Below, piece after piece: positions 1 to 11,342 of a DNA stretch of 58,777 nucleotides (positions within the stretch are counted from its first letter, which is position 1; each line of letters begins with the position of its first letter). This DNA is from Deferribacterales bacterium UBA4806 (GTDB lineage Bacteria; Chrysiogenota; Deferribacteres; Deferribacterales; UBA228). Position numbers and translations under genes: made by a program. The notes below the pieces were generated by a model. That model searched no databases. It had not been told where the DNA came from and worked only from the letters and a program-made list of their open reading frames with translations. The stretch lies in assembly GCA_002402635.1 (NCBI GenBank), contig DHGE01000167.1:9241-68017 (forward strand), written 5' to 3'.

Positions 1-47
1 TTAGATCTTCTAAAGCTTTTTTTAAAATCAAATACTTCATAACTCAT
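1..47 (-). CDS. 5' end of an unidentified gene running off the left edge of the window
   Basis: A GGAGG Shine-Dalgarno (complement of 54-58) precedes ATG at 47, with an alternative ATG at 40 in another frame. Both frames stay open to position 1. Too short to identify. Confidence 0.4.
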   Translation of the reverse strand, partial: MSYEVFDFKKSFRRS

Positions 48-155
48 GTCAATCCTCCATATATTTATTATACTATATCAGTCTGACACAAAACTTTGAA
101 GGGTCTCCCTATGTTCTGAAAAAATTAAAATCTTATTTTTGAATTATATAGGCAA

Positions 156-1445
156 CTAATCACTATAGAAATCTTTAAAATCTAGAATCTTGCCATTCTT
201 ACTATACAACCTAAGTTGCCGAGTAAATATACTTTTTTGTATAAGAAGTTCTTTTAATTCATATGCAGAATACATTGGAAATAATTCATAAAGATAGGCA
301 ATAGCTGCGGCAATCATAGGTGTAGATATAGAGGTTCCATCAGTAATCCCATAACCATGCTCTCCATACACATAAGCAGTGGTTAAAATGCTTTCTCCTG
401 GGGCAAATAAATCTATAGTTTTAAATCCATAATTTGAGAATGATGATTTCTTTCCATTTGGTCCAATTGAACCTACTACAATTGATTCATCCAATTTATA
501 TGAAGCTGGATACAGGGGACGAAAATCAAGATTTCTATCTTCATTACCTGCAGCTATAATAGGGATAATATTTAAATCTCCAAATTGTGACAATAAATAT
601 TCCTCCAAATCCACCTTCTGTTCACCACCATATGACATATTAACAGCTACAATATTAACACCCCTCTTTTTCATCTCTATAATATAATCTAATGCTCTGA
701 ATACAGATGAATTTGGCATCCCAGTATCTGTTCCAGCTTTACAAATAAGCAATTTAACATTGCTTGGACCAATACCGGCAATACCAAGGCCATTATTCTT
801 TTTAGCAGAAATTATACCAGCCATAAAAGTGCCATGATTGGAACATTCACTAGCTTGAATACTCTGTTGGGAACATCCCATACAATCACTATTAATACCA
901 TTAATATCATCTATATAGCCATTTGAATCGTCATCTATACCATTATTAGGAATTTCCATTTTGTTTACCCAAAAGGAGTTCTTCAATTCTGGATGTTCTA
1001 AATCAACACCTGTATCAATTATAGCTATAACCACCTCTTCAAAAGGATTCAGCTGCTTATTATTATTTTTTATTTTATCCCAAAGATATGGAACCCCTAG
1101 AAAATCTATATACCATTGATCATATAAGAGTGGATCATTTGTGATAGTATAAAAAGGTCTCTTAATTTCATCAGTATATACTTGAATAATATTCTCTAAA
1201 TTTTTAATTTTCTTCAAAAAATTGTTTACATTTGATGTTTTAACAACAACAGAAACAAAAGGAGCATTCTTATAAATATAATGATCTTCAATATAAGAAA
1301 TATTATTAATAACCTTGTCTGCCTTGTCGTTAACTTTTAATAAAAATATTTTTTTATCAGCCCCTTCAAATGTATCTTTGCACTGGGCGAAAAGTAAATT
1401 ACTTAGAAATATAAAAAAAAGACTTATTAATAGTGCTTTTTTCAC
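156..1445 (-). CDS. Secreted S8 (subtilisin-family) serine protease
   Basis: N-terminal signal peptide; triad motifs IIDTG (Asp), NHGT (His), GTSISTP (Ser); AAGN oxyanion motif; NGIDDDxNGYIDD Ca-binding loop. GTG start. Confidence 0.93.
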   Translation of the reverse strand: MKKALLISLFFIFLSNLLFAQCKDTFEGADKKIFLLKVNDKADKVINNISYIEDHYIYKNAPFVSVVVKTSNVNNFLKKIKNLENIIQVYTDEIKRPFYTITNDPLLYDQWYIDFLGVPYLWDKIKNNNKQLNPFEEVVIAIIDTGVDLEHPELKNSFWVNKMEIPNNGIDDDSNGYIDDINGINSDCMGCSQQSIQASECSNHGTFMAGIISAKKNNGLGIAGIGPSNVKLLICKAGTDTGMPNSSVFRALDYIIEMKKRGVNIVAVNMSYGGEQKVDLEEYLLSQFGDLNIIPIIAAGNEDRNLDFRPLYPASYKLDESIVVGSIGPNGKKSSFSNYGFKTIDLFAPGESILTTAYVYGEHGYGITDGTSISTPMIAAAIAYLYELFPMYSAYELKELLIQKSIFTRQLRLYSKNGKILDFKDFYSD

Positions 1446-1451
1446 GGATAT

Positions 1452-1480
1452 ATTTTAGATTAAATTTGAAATAAAATCAA
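1452..1480 (-). promoter_or_regulatory. Sigma70-type promoter directly ahead of the S8 protease start (leaderless geometry)
   Basis: Minus strand reads TTGATT-17 nt-TAAAAT-6 nt-GTG, with no SD. Confidence 0.5.
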
Positions 1481-1484
1481 ATTA

Positions 1485-1811
1485 TTATATTTGCCTTCCA
1501 AATGCCCTCATAAACTCTTTTAGGAGGTATGGGTTATTTGCTCTTATTTTACCACTGACAAAATCTATGAAAGAAGGCTTATACTTTTCATACCATATTT
1601 TTTCTAATATTTCCCTCTTGATTTCGCAATGACAGTCTGGATTATCTATTGTTTTTCCATCTTCAACAGTAAACCCATTGCTATCAATGGTAACTGTCTT
1701 CTCTATTCCTTCAATATTAAAATAAAAGATCTTTTTCTCTTTAAAGACATTTTTTTTAAAATCTCTTTCAACTTCTGCAAATATTTTCTGAAAATTTTCT
1801 TGTTCGAGCAA
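1485..1811 (-). CDS. SCP2 (sterol carrier/lipid-binding) domain protein
   Basis: 108 aa with SCP2-like pattern (TVTIDSNGFTVEDG, PDCHCEI, FVSGKIRA). AGGAGG SD before TTG. Last gene of an acyl-CoA oxidation operon. Confidence 0.7.
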   Translation of the reverse strand: MLEQENFQKIFAEVERDFKKNVFKEKKIFYFNIEGIEKTVTIDSNGFTVEDGKTIDNPDCHCEIKREILEKIWYEKYKPSFIDFVSGKIRANNPYLLKEFMRAFGRQI

Positions 1812-1820
1812 TTGAGCCTC

Positions 1821-2738
1821 CTATTGATTTATCAGTTTTGTTAACTCTTTAATAACTTCATTTGCATCAGCAACTACCAATATATCTGCTATTTCAGCTA
1901 TTGGAGCATCCTTATCTGTATTGATAGCTATAATATAATTAGATTTTTTCATTCCAGCAAGGTGTTGTATTGAGCCAGATATACCACATGCAATATATAG
2001 TTTTGGTGAAACAGTTTGTCCAGTTAAACCAACCTGCCTTGAATAATCTAACCATCCAGCGTCAACTATTGGTCTACTAGCTCCTAATTCACCCTTCAAA
2101 TATTTTGCCAGTTCCTCTGCATTTTTGATATTCTCTTTTTTCCCTATTCCACGACCTACACTAACTATAATATCAGCTTTTGATAAATCAACCCCTAATG
2201 TTGCAGCTTCTTCATAAGAAATAAACTCTATAGGGCTTTTTGTAACCGCTAAGTCATAATCTACAATCTCACCAGTTTCTTTTCTATCAGGTTCATAAGA
2301 AAATGTCCCTGATTGAATTGTTAAAACTAATTTTTCTTTATCAGGCTTGATATGTGCATTTAACTTTCCGTTCATAACAGGTTTTATAAATTCTTCTCCA
2401 GCTATATCTATAACACCAGTGATTAAAGAAGCTCCAATATCATATGCAAGCCTTGGTGCAAGATCCCATCCATAAGAACTATGTAAAAAAACTATTTCAT
2501 TGTAATTATTCTTATTTACAAGGGCAGTAATTAACTCTTTATGAACTACAGGATTATATTCGTTATACTTATTACTATCTGCCAAATACAATTTCTCTTT
2601 TATATTCGGTGTTTCACCTTTATTTCCAACTGCAAACATTTCAAAAGTTTTATTATATTTTTTTGCATAGCCCACCAAATCATAGGCACTTTCAAAAAAT
2701 TTATTTTCTCTATATTCACCTATCAATAAGACTGACAT
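1821..2738 (-). CDS. etfA: Electron transfer flavoprotein alpha subunit
   Basis: VSVGRG, GASRP, QVGLTGQTVSPKLYIACGISGSIQHLAGM FAD-binding signature. Confidence 0.97.
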   Translation of the reverse strand: MSVLLIGEYRENKFFESAYDLVGYAKKYNKTFEMFAVGNKGETPNIKEKLYLADSNKYNEYNPVVHKELITALVNKNNYNEIVFLHSSYGWDLAPRLAYDIGASLITGVIDIAGEEFIKPVMNGKLNAHIKPDKEKLVLTIQSGTFSYEPDRKETGEIVDYDLAVTKSPIEFISYEEAATLGVDLSKADIIVSVGRGIGKKENIKNAEELAKYLKGELGASRPIVDAGWLDYSRQVGLTGQTVSPKLYIACGISGSIQHLAGMKKSNYIIAINTDKDAPIAEIADILVVADANEVIKELTKLINQ

Positions 2739-2758
2739 GTTTAACCTCCATATAATTT

Positions 2759-3526
2759 TTAGATTTTGCTTTTAATAATTTTTACAAGTTTAGGTGCTAT
2801 ATCACTAACTGAGCCTTCCAAAAACTCTGCTTTACTTTTCTTTTCTGGATAGTTCAATTTTGTTATTGTTATGTTGTTAGTTATTTTGTCAAAATCATTA
2901 ACATCGTACTCCTTTATTTCTTTCTTTTTGGCTTTCATTATATTTGGTAATGTTGGATATCTTGGTGTATTTAGCCCTAATTGACATGTTAACAGTAGAG
3001 GAAGTCTACATTTTAAAACCATCTTCTTACCACCTTCAAGCTCTCTCTTTACAGTAACAACATTGTTGTTATATTCAAATCCGATTATAGTTGTTATAGT
3101 GCTTATTCCTAGCAACTCTCCTAAAAACACACCTACCTGACAAGAACTTCTATCATTCGACTGCATACCAGTAAAAATAATATCATAGCCATGGTCTTTA
3201 ACGCATTCATGAATAATTGTAGCAATTCTAAAAGGGTCTTTACTGAATGCCTCATTATCCTTAATATAAATTCCCCTATCAATTCCCATTGCCAAAGCCT
3301 TTTTTATAACCTCCTTTACCCTCTCTGGACCAATAGAAAGAACTGTTATATCAACATCATCGGTACCTATTTTTTCTTTCAGTCTTACTGCTTCCTCAAT
3401 CGCATATTCATCGTATTCATTTAAACGAAAAGCAAGATCAGACTCAACAACCCAATTACCTTTTTCATTTAACTTGAATCTTGATTCAAGATCAGGAACC
3501 TGTTTTATACTTACTAAAATTTTCAT
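2759..3526 (-). CDS. etfB: Electron transfer flavoprotein beta subunit
   Basis: MKILVSIKQVPD, NEYDEYAIEEA, ALAMGID, NTPRYPTLPNIMKAKKK. Confidence 0.97.
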   Translation of the reverse strand: MKILVSIKQVPDLESRFKLNEKGNWVVESDLAFRLNEYDEYAIEEAVRLKEKIGTDDVDITVLSIGPERVKEVIKKALAMGIDRGIYIKDNEAFSKDPFRIATIIHECVKDHGYDIIFTGMQSNDRSSCQVGVFLGELLGISTITTIIGFEYNNNVVTVKRELEGGKKMVLKCRLPLLLTCQLGLNTPRYPTLPNIMKAKKKEIKEYDVNDFDKITNNITITKLNYPEKKSKAEFLEGSVSDIAPKLVKIIKSKI

Positions 3527-5523
3527 TAATGCCCCCTATTTTCTATATGTTCTTCAATTAATTCTGCTATATCTTTAGTTTTCAAAAGATGTTCATATTC
3601 AGCAATTTTTATTCCATCCTCAAACATTGTTAAACAAAAAGGACAATTAGAAACTATTATAGGTTGCCCAGTAGCCTTAGCCATTTCTATTCTTTTAACG
3701 CTTATTTTTTCACCTAATTTTTCATCAGCTATTATCCTACCACCTCCACCTCCACAGCAAAAACTTTCCAAATGGTGTTTTTCCATCTCCTTTAGATTAC
3801 CACCTAATAATTTTATAATGTTTCTTTGTTCTTCAAACAAATTATTGTATCGACCAACATAACATGAATCGTGATATGTACAATCAAAATTTTGTTTTTG
3901 TAAGTGAATTTTATTTTCTTTTATTAATTGACTAATATACTTTATATATGGGACTACTTCTGCAGTTAAGCCTAAATCTTTGTAATCCTTACTCAACGTG
4001 TTAAAACAATGTGGACATGTTGTAACTATTTTTTTAATGTTATATTTGTTTATATTTTCAATATTTTCTTTAGCAATCATTTGATATAAATATTCATTAC
4101 CTATTTTCCTTGCAGGATCACCACAACATTTTTCCTCTTTACCTAGCAAACCAACTTTAATATGTGCTGACTCACATATTTTTATAAAACTTTTAGCAAT
4201 TTTAATATTTCTTGGATCATAAGAGGCATAGCAGCCTACAAAATACATTATATCTACATTACTATCTTCAGACAGCAATGTAACACCTGAACCTTCAATC
4301 CACTTTTCCCTGTCAGCAAATGAATTACCAAAGGGATTTCCATTTACTTCTATATTGTTTATAGAGAGTTGAACTTCTTCACCTGGAAATTCTCCATCCA
4401 TTAGGACCAAATACCTTCTCATATCAATTATTTTCCTTATATGTTCAATATCTGCAGGACATGCCTCTTGGCAGGCCATACATGTCGTACATGACCATAT
4501 AGCATCTCTCCCAACAACATCTATCAATGAATTGTGTTCGGCAAAATTAAAGGATATTTTATTAATGTCATTAACGACTTTCATTGGAGATAAAGGCTTT
4601 TTGGTAGAATAGGCCGGACAGCTATCCTGGCATCTTTTACACTTAGTACACGCATCTGAATCAAATATATCCTTCCATGTATACTCTTTAATATCATTAA
4701 CCCCAAAGACTTCTCTACTTTCATCTTCAATATCGATTGTGGCTAATTTACCTTTTGGTCTATAATCTTTAAAAAAATAATTAGTTGGAGTTGTAAAAAT
4801 ATGCCTTAACTTCAAATAGGGAATTACTGAAATAAAGATTATAGAAAAAATAAAGTGAGCCCACCATACCAATTTATGACTGATTAATAAAGAATTCTCA
4901 GAAAGGGTGGTAAAAAAATTAGAGAACAACATACCAATTGGTGAGAATAATTTTAAATTGTTCTCTAAATTTATCTCTGTCTGAGCTATCCTTAATCCCT
5001 CAACTATGAACCCACTAAATAATATAATCAGTAATAGGGTATGTATTATTATATCATCTTTTGTCGTTTCTAAGCCATTAGGTTTTATAATAAACCTTCT
5101 AACTATAAATGTTAAAACAGCAACAATTGCAACAAAACCTGCTAAGTCCAAAGCTAGTGAGAAAAGTTTATAAAAGTTGCCTTTTAAAAATTTAAATCCA
5201 AATAAAGGATTTAAAATATCAGCCTGTATGAAAATCAGAGTAGTTCCTATAAAAAGAATTAAAAAAGACCAGAATAACAAAGCATGAATACTTCCTACAC
5301 TTAATACTTTTAATACCTTTCTTTGTAAAAAAAGATTACTCAAAAAATATTTGAGGCGTTGAAATATATTATCAAATCTATTTTCAGGTTTTCCTTTTTT
5401 ATAAACTTTATATCTTTTATAAAAACCATAAAAGAGTATTGAAATGGCAATAAAAGCAAATAAATACATTGGTATCAAAACAGAATGACCTACATTCCAG
5501 TAAATTTCTCTAGTACTAAACAT
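3526..5523 (-). CDS. Membrane Fe-S oxidoreductase (NarI-like heme-b domain + 2x[4Fe-4S] + two CCG domains); FadF-like, probable ETF:menaquinone oxidoreductase
   Basis: About five N-terminal TM helices with His residues; CTKCKRCQDSCP and CTTCMACQEACP ferredoxin motifs; CCG motifs (EKCCG..TCPHC; HDSC..CCGGGGG..NCPFC). Lies between the acyl-CoA dehydrogenase and etfBA. Confidence 0.88.
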   Translation of the reverse strand: MFSTREIYWNVGHSVLIPMYLFAFIAISILFYGFYKRYKVYKKGKPENRFDNIFQRLKYFLSNLFLQRKVLKVLSVGSIHALLFWSFLILFIGTTLIFIQADILNPLFGFKFLKGNFYKLFSLALDLAGFVAIVAVLTFIVRRFIIKPNGLETTKDDIIIHTLLLIILFSGFIVEGLRIAQTEINLENNLKLFSPIGMLFSNFFTTLSENSLLISHKLVWWAHFIFSIIFISVIPYLKLRHIFTTPTNYFFKDYRPKGKLATIDIEDESREVFGVNDIKEYTWKDIFDSDACTKCKRCQDSCPAYSTKKPLSPMKVVNDINKISFNFAEHNSLIDVVGRDAIWSCTTCMACQEACPADIEHIRKIIDMRRYLVLMDGEFPGEEVQLSINNIEVNGNPFGNSFADREKWIEGSGVTLLSEDSNVDIMYFVGCYASYDPRNIKIAKSFIKICESAHIKVGLLGKEEKCCGDPARKIGNEYLYQMIAKENIENINKYNIKKIVTTCPHCFNTLSKDYKDLGLTAEVVPYIKYISQLIKENKIHLQKQNFDCTYHDSCYVGRYNNLFEEQRNIIKLLGGNLKEMEKHHLESFCCGGGGGRIIADEKLGEKISVKRIEMAKATGQPIIVSNCPFCLTMFEDGIKIAEYEHLLKTKDIAELIEEHIENRGH

Positions 5524-5525
5524 AA

Positions 5526-6668
5526 TTAACCCTTAAAAAGCATATTCGATATCACTATTTTTTGTATTTCACTGGTTCCTTCATAAATCTCAGTTATTTT
5601 TGCATCTCTAAACATTCTCTCTATCTCATAATCACATATGTATCCATAACCCCCATGAATCTGAAGAGCTTCATTAGTTACGAACATTGCAGTGTTTGAA
5701 GCATAAAGTTTACACATAGCTGACTCCATAGCATTAGTTTTTCCGTTATCTTTAAGCCAACCAGCTTTATAAGTGATGAGCTTGGCAGTTTCAATCTTAG
5801 TTGCCATGTCCGCAAATTTAAATTGAATTGCTTGAAATTCTGATAGACTTTTACCAAACTGTTTTCTAATTTTAGCATATTCCTTAGCTTTATCAAATGC
5901 ACCCTCGGCTATTCCAAGAGCTTGCGCTGCTATACCAATTCTTCCACCATTTAAAGTGGCCATTGCAATCTTAAAACCATCTCCTTCTTTACCTAGTAGA
6001 TTCTCTTTAGGAACCTTCAAATTATTAATTGCAAAAGCTGTAGTAAATGTTCCACGAATTCCCATCTTATCTTCATTCTTTATAATCTCTACGCTATCAC
6101 TATTTAAATCTACTATAAAGGCAGATAACCCTTTATGTCTTAATGCTTTATCTTTAGTGGCAAACAATATACCTATTCCTTTATAACCCCCATTAGTAAT
6201 AAATATTTTTGAACCATTAATAAGATAATAATCATCTTTAACAATATATTCTGTGGATATTGCTGCTACATCACTGCCTGCGTCTGGTTCTGTAAGTAGA
6301 ATACAACCTATTTTTTCACCTGTTGCAAGCATACTCAAATACTTTGATTTTTGCTGTTCACTACCAAATTGATATATTGGATCACAACATAGAGAAGTGT
6401 GTGCTGAAATAAGAACGCCTGTGGCTGAACAAAATTTAGATAGCTCTTCAATAACTATTATATATGACATTATATCTAAACCAGCCCCACCATACTCTTC
6501 TGGTAAATAAACTCCAAAAAACCCTAATTCTTTTAATCGAATAATTATTTCATCAGCAATTTTATGTTGCTGATCATTTAGTTTAGAATATTTAGACAAT
6601 TCGTTTTTTGCAAAATCTCGGACTACTCCTTGCAACATTTTGTGATCTTCTGTTAATTCAAAATCCAT
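5526..6668 (-). CDS. Short-chain acyl-CoA (butyryl-CoA-type) dehydrogenase
   Basis: LTEPDAGSD, NGSKIFITNG, GGRIGIAAQALG, QIHGGYGY, IYEGTSEIQ motifs. Confidence 0.95.
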   Translation of the reverse strand: MDFELTEDHKMLQGVVRDFAKNELSKYSKLNDQQHKIADEIIIRLKELGFFGVYLPEEYGGAGLDIMSYIIVIEELSKFCSATGVLISAHTSLCCDPIYQFGSEQQKSKYLSMLATGEKIGCILLTEPDAGSDVAAISTEYIVKDDYYLINGSKIFITNGGYKGIGILFATKDKALRHKGLSAFIVDLNSDSVEIIKNEDKMGIRGTFTTAFAINNLKVPKENLLGKEGDGFKIAMATLNGGRIGIAAQALGIAEGAFDKAKEYAKIRKQFGKSLSEFQAIQFKFADMATKIETAKLITYKAGWLKDNGKTNAMESAMCKLYASNTAMFVTNEALQIHGGYGYICDYEIERMFRDAKITEIYEGTSEIQKIVISNMLFKG

Positions 6669-6677
6669 AATACACCT

Positions 6678-7460
6678 CTACATATTTTTAAATTCTGGCT
6701 TACGTTTTTCTAGAAAGGCCTTCATTCCTTCCTTTTGATCATTAGTAGAAAATAATTTTGCAAACAAATTACTCTCGTAATTTAAACCTTCATTTTTCCC
6801 CACATTTAAGCCATTGTTTATAGATTCCTTAGCTGCACTCAGAGCTAAAAATCCATTTGAAGATATTTTTTTAGCTAGTTCGAGTGTTATATCTATTAAT
6901 TTATCAGGTTCCACTATTTTATTTACTAGCCCTAAATTAAAAGCCTCAAGTGAATCTATAATTCTACCAGAGAATATTAATTCCTTTGCCAGATAAGGGC
7001 CTAAAGCTCTTGGTAAATTTTGAGTACCACCAAAACCAGGTATTATACCTAAAGTTACTTCAGGAAAACCAAATTTTGCATTTTTTGATGCAATTATTAT
7101 ATCTGCAGCAAGGGCAAGCTCGAAACCTCCACCTAAGGCATAACCGTTGACAGCTGATATAATTATCTTTGTGGAATTATCAATAAATTTTAATAGATTT
7201 GTACCTTTTTTTGCAAACTGATAAGCCTCTATAGTATTCAAATTAGCCATCTCATAAATATCTGCTCCAGCGACAAATGCCTTATCTCCAGCCCCTGTCA
7301 ATATAACAACTTTTATGTTTTTATCTTCTTCAATATTCTCAAACAGCATTAAGAGATTGTTAATAATTTCACCATTTAGAGCATTTAACTTTTCTACTCT
7401 ATTTATTTTGACAATAGCAGAAGTGCTTACCAATGATATATCTAAAAATTTATAGTCCAT
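6678..7460 (-). CDS. crt: Enoyl-CoA hydratase (crotonase)
   Basis: AFVAGADI, NGYALGGGFELA, PEVTLGIIPGFGGTQ with both catalytic Glu residues. Confidence 0.93.
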   Translation of the reverse strand: MDYKFLDISLVSTSAIVKINRVEKLNALNGEIINNLLMLFENIEEDKNIKVVILTGAGDKAFVAGADIYEMANLNTIEAYQFAKKGTNLLKFIDNSTKIIISAVNGYALGGGFELALAADIIIASKNAKFGFPEVTLGIIPGFGGTQNLPRALGPYLAKELIFSGRIIDSLEAFNLGLVNKIVEPDKLIDITLELAKKISSNGFLALSAAKESINNGLNVGKNEGLNYESNLFAKLFSTNDQKEGMKAFLEKRKPEFKNM

Positions 7461-7469
7461 ACAAGCTCC

Positions 7470-8327
7470 TTATTTTTTATAATTATAAAATCCTTTGCCA
7501 GATTTCTTGCCAAGATACCCTGCTTCTACCATCTTGATTAATAATGGACAGGGTCTAAATTTTGGATCTCTAAAATTATTGTACAATACTTCTAACACAT
7601 ATAAAACTGTATCAAGCCCTATAAAATCTGCCAATGTAAGCGGGCCCATCGGATGATTAGCTCCTAGCATCATTGTTTTATCTATATCTTCAACTGTGCC
7701 AATACCTTCATAATATGCAAATATGGCCTCATTTATCATAGGTATAAGTATTCTATTGGCAATAAATCCTGGATAATCCTTGGACACAGAAACTTCTTTA
7801 CCTAAATCTTTAGCCAAATCAACAACAAAAGAAAATGTTGCTTCATCAGTGGCTAATCCTCTTATAATCTCTACTAATTTCATCACGGGAACTGGATTCA
7901 TAAAATGCATACCAATCACCTTTTCTGGTCTCATTGTTGTTGATGCAATTTTGGTAATAGAAATTGACGAAGTATTTGTTGCCAAAATCGAATCTGCTGG
8001 CAATATTTTATCTAATCTCTTAAAGACATCTATTTTAATATCTTCCTTTTCAGAAGCCGCTTCAATAACTATTTTTACATCAGATAGTGCATCCATAGTA
8101 TTAACAATCTTAATTCTGTTTAGCACTTCGTCAATTTGCTCTTCCTTGATTATGCCTTTCTTTACCTGCCTCATTAAATTATTTTTTGTTGTTTCAATAG
8201 AATTTTTAAGTTGAATGTCTATTACATCATAAATCTTTGTCTCATATCCAGCCAGTGCGCAAACATGAGAAATACCTGTTCCCATCTGTCCTGAACCAAT
8301 TATACCTATTTTAAATTTCATATTCAC
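7470..8327 (-). CDS. hbd: 3-hydroxybutyryl-CoA dehydrogenase
   Basis: GSGQMGTG Rossmann motif, ATNTSS, GMHFMNP, HPMGPL. True start may be ATG at 8321. Confidence 0.95.
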   Translation of the reverse strand: MNMKFKIGIIGSGQMGTGISHVCALAGYETKIYDVIDIQLKNSIETTKNNLMRQVKKGIIKEEQIDEVLNRIKIVNTMDALSDVKIVIEAASEKEDIKIDVFKRLDKILPADSILATNTSSISITKIASTTMRPEKVIGMHFMNPVPVMKLVEIIRGLATDEATFSFVVDLAKDLGKEVSVSKDYPGFIANRILIPMINEAIFAYYEGIGTVEDIDKTMMLGANHPMGPLTLADFIGLDTVLYVLEVLYNNFRDPKFRPCPLLIKMVEAGYLGKKSGKGFYNYKK

Positions 8328-8362
8328 CTCTTATCTTTTAATAAATATGTAATAATGTTTTA

Positions 8363-8391
8363 TTTATAATATTACTTACATTTATAGTCAA
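8363..8391 (-). promoter_or_regulatory. Sigma70-type promoter of the hbd-crt-ACAD-etf operon
   Basis: Minus strand TTGACT-17 nt-TATAAA, overlapped by an imperfect ATGTAA(G)TAAT inverted repeat (possible operator). Confidence 0.55.
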
Positions 8392-8609
8392 GAGAATAAT
8401 CTAGTTTAATAAAATATATATATGACATATTTCAATTGAAAATTAATTATTAATTGTAATAATTATATTTATACTAACTTTTTATTTTATATTTAAATTT
8501 AATCATTATTTTATTCATATTTAAAACTAATAAGATTATATAAAAATTCCCTTTACAATTATTATTTTACTACAATAATATTTATTAAAACTTTCTATTG
8601 AGGGGGCCT

Positions 8610-9188
8610 ATGAAAGTTTATAAAAACGTAAAAGAGTTGTTTTTTGATCTAATTATTGAATTTGAAAAAAAATTAAAAATACATCTAAGTGAATATTCCA
8701 AAATATATCTAATGAAACTCCTAGAAGAGCTGGCAGAAGGAAATAATTATCTTAATAATATTATTAAAGAAGATAAACCTTTAATAGAAACTTTATTAGA
8801 GGCAGTTCATCAAAATATATTTGAAAAAATTAGAAATCTAAAAGCCTTAGGAGATCTATGCTTACTTTTTGGTGGACTCTATCCTGATTATATGACTAGA
8901 AAACTTGTCGACATAGATTATTTCATCAATATAGGTAAAAATTCATACAACCTTATATCAGATACCTATAAAAACTATACCACTAAATATGACCTCTATA
9001 TGCTTTATAGCAAACTAACTCAGGAATATTTAAAACTAATTAACATTTTAACTGAAATTTCAGATGAATTAAGCTTCCTTGACAGAGACAATCTATACAA
9101 ATCACTTAAAAGATGGGAAAGGACTGGAATTAAAAAATACTCTGAATTTATTAAATCTAATAATATTATACCTATTAACTACAATTAA
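8610..9188 (+). CDS. Uncharacterised, predicted helical protein
   Basis: Long ORF with GAGGGGG SD before ATG 8610 (ORF track starts at TTG 8598). Motif-like core LGDLCLLFGGLYP..RKLVDIDYFINIG. Followed by a terminator. Confidence 0.75.
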   Translation: MKVYKNVKELFFDLIIEFEKKLKIHLSEYSKIYLMKLLEELAEGNNYLNNIIKEDKPLIETLLEAVHQNIFEKIRNLKALGDLCLLFGGLYPDYMTRKLVDIDYFINIGKNSYNLISDTYKNYTTKYDLYMLYSKLTQEYLKLINILTEISDELSFLDRDNLYKSLKRWERTGIKKYSEFIKSNNIIPINYN

Positions 9189-9204
9189 TTTAAAAAATAT
9201 CAAT

Positions 9205-9232
9205 AAAAAAGGGGGCCAAAAGCCCCCTTTTT

Positions 9233-9233
<1 letters not shown>
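9205..9233. terminator. Bidirectional rho-independent terminator between the 8610 gene and groEL
   Basis: AAAAAAGGGGGC-CAAAA-GCCCCCTTTTTT hairpin with A/T tracts on both sides. Confidence 0.9.
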
Positions 9234-10885
<1,652 letters not shown>

Positions 10886-10905
10886 TTATATTATTAATTT
10901 AATTA

Positions 10906-11211
10906 TTATTCTAAAACTCCTAAAATGTCATCTTCCCTCATAATGAGAAATTCCTCATTGTTAATCTCAATTTCTGTTCCAGCATATTTGCTGAACAAAA
11001 TCTTATCTCCTGGTTTAACAGTTGGTGTTAATTTATTACCACTTTCCAACATTTTCCCTGGTCCAACTGCTATAACTTCTCCTCTCTGCGGCTTTTCCTT
11101 TGCAGTATCAGGAATTATAATTCCTGACTCTGTCTTTTCTTCAGCTTCGACCCTCTTCACTAAAACTCTGTCCTGCAAGGGTCTGATCTTCATTTTTTGA
11201 GCTACTGACAT
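10906..11211 (-). CDS. groS: Co-chaperonin GroES
   Basis: [29 protein letters not shown]. Confidence 0.99.
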   Translation of the reverse strand: MSVAQKMKIRPLQDRVLVKRVEAEEKTESGIIIPDTAKEKPQRGEVIAVGPGKMLESGNKLTPTVKPGDKILFSKYAGTEIEINNEEFLIMREDDILGVLE

Positions 11212-11253
11212 AATTACCTCCTTTTATTAATTATTTTAATAATTCTGATTTTA

Positions 11254-11280
11254 TTAGCACTCCTCATCATTGAGTGCTAT
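11254..11280. promoter_or_regulatory. CIRCE element (HrcA operator) upstream of groES
   Basis: TTAGCACTC-N9-GAGTGCTAT, one mismatch from the CIRCE consensus. A TTGACA -35 lies on the minus strand at 11314-11319. Confidence 0.93.
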
Positions 11281-11342
11281 CATGTTCTATATATATAGAT
11301 ATTTAACTACTTTTGTCAATAAAAATTTTTTGAATTTGAAAA

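Noticed and set aside
61..155. Possible riboswitch or operator (GGGAGACCC mini-hairpin, GTC-A-GAC palindrome) upstream of the edge gene
   Set aside because: Too short and matches no riboswitch consensus I can recognise. An Infernal/Rfam scan would be needed.
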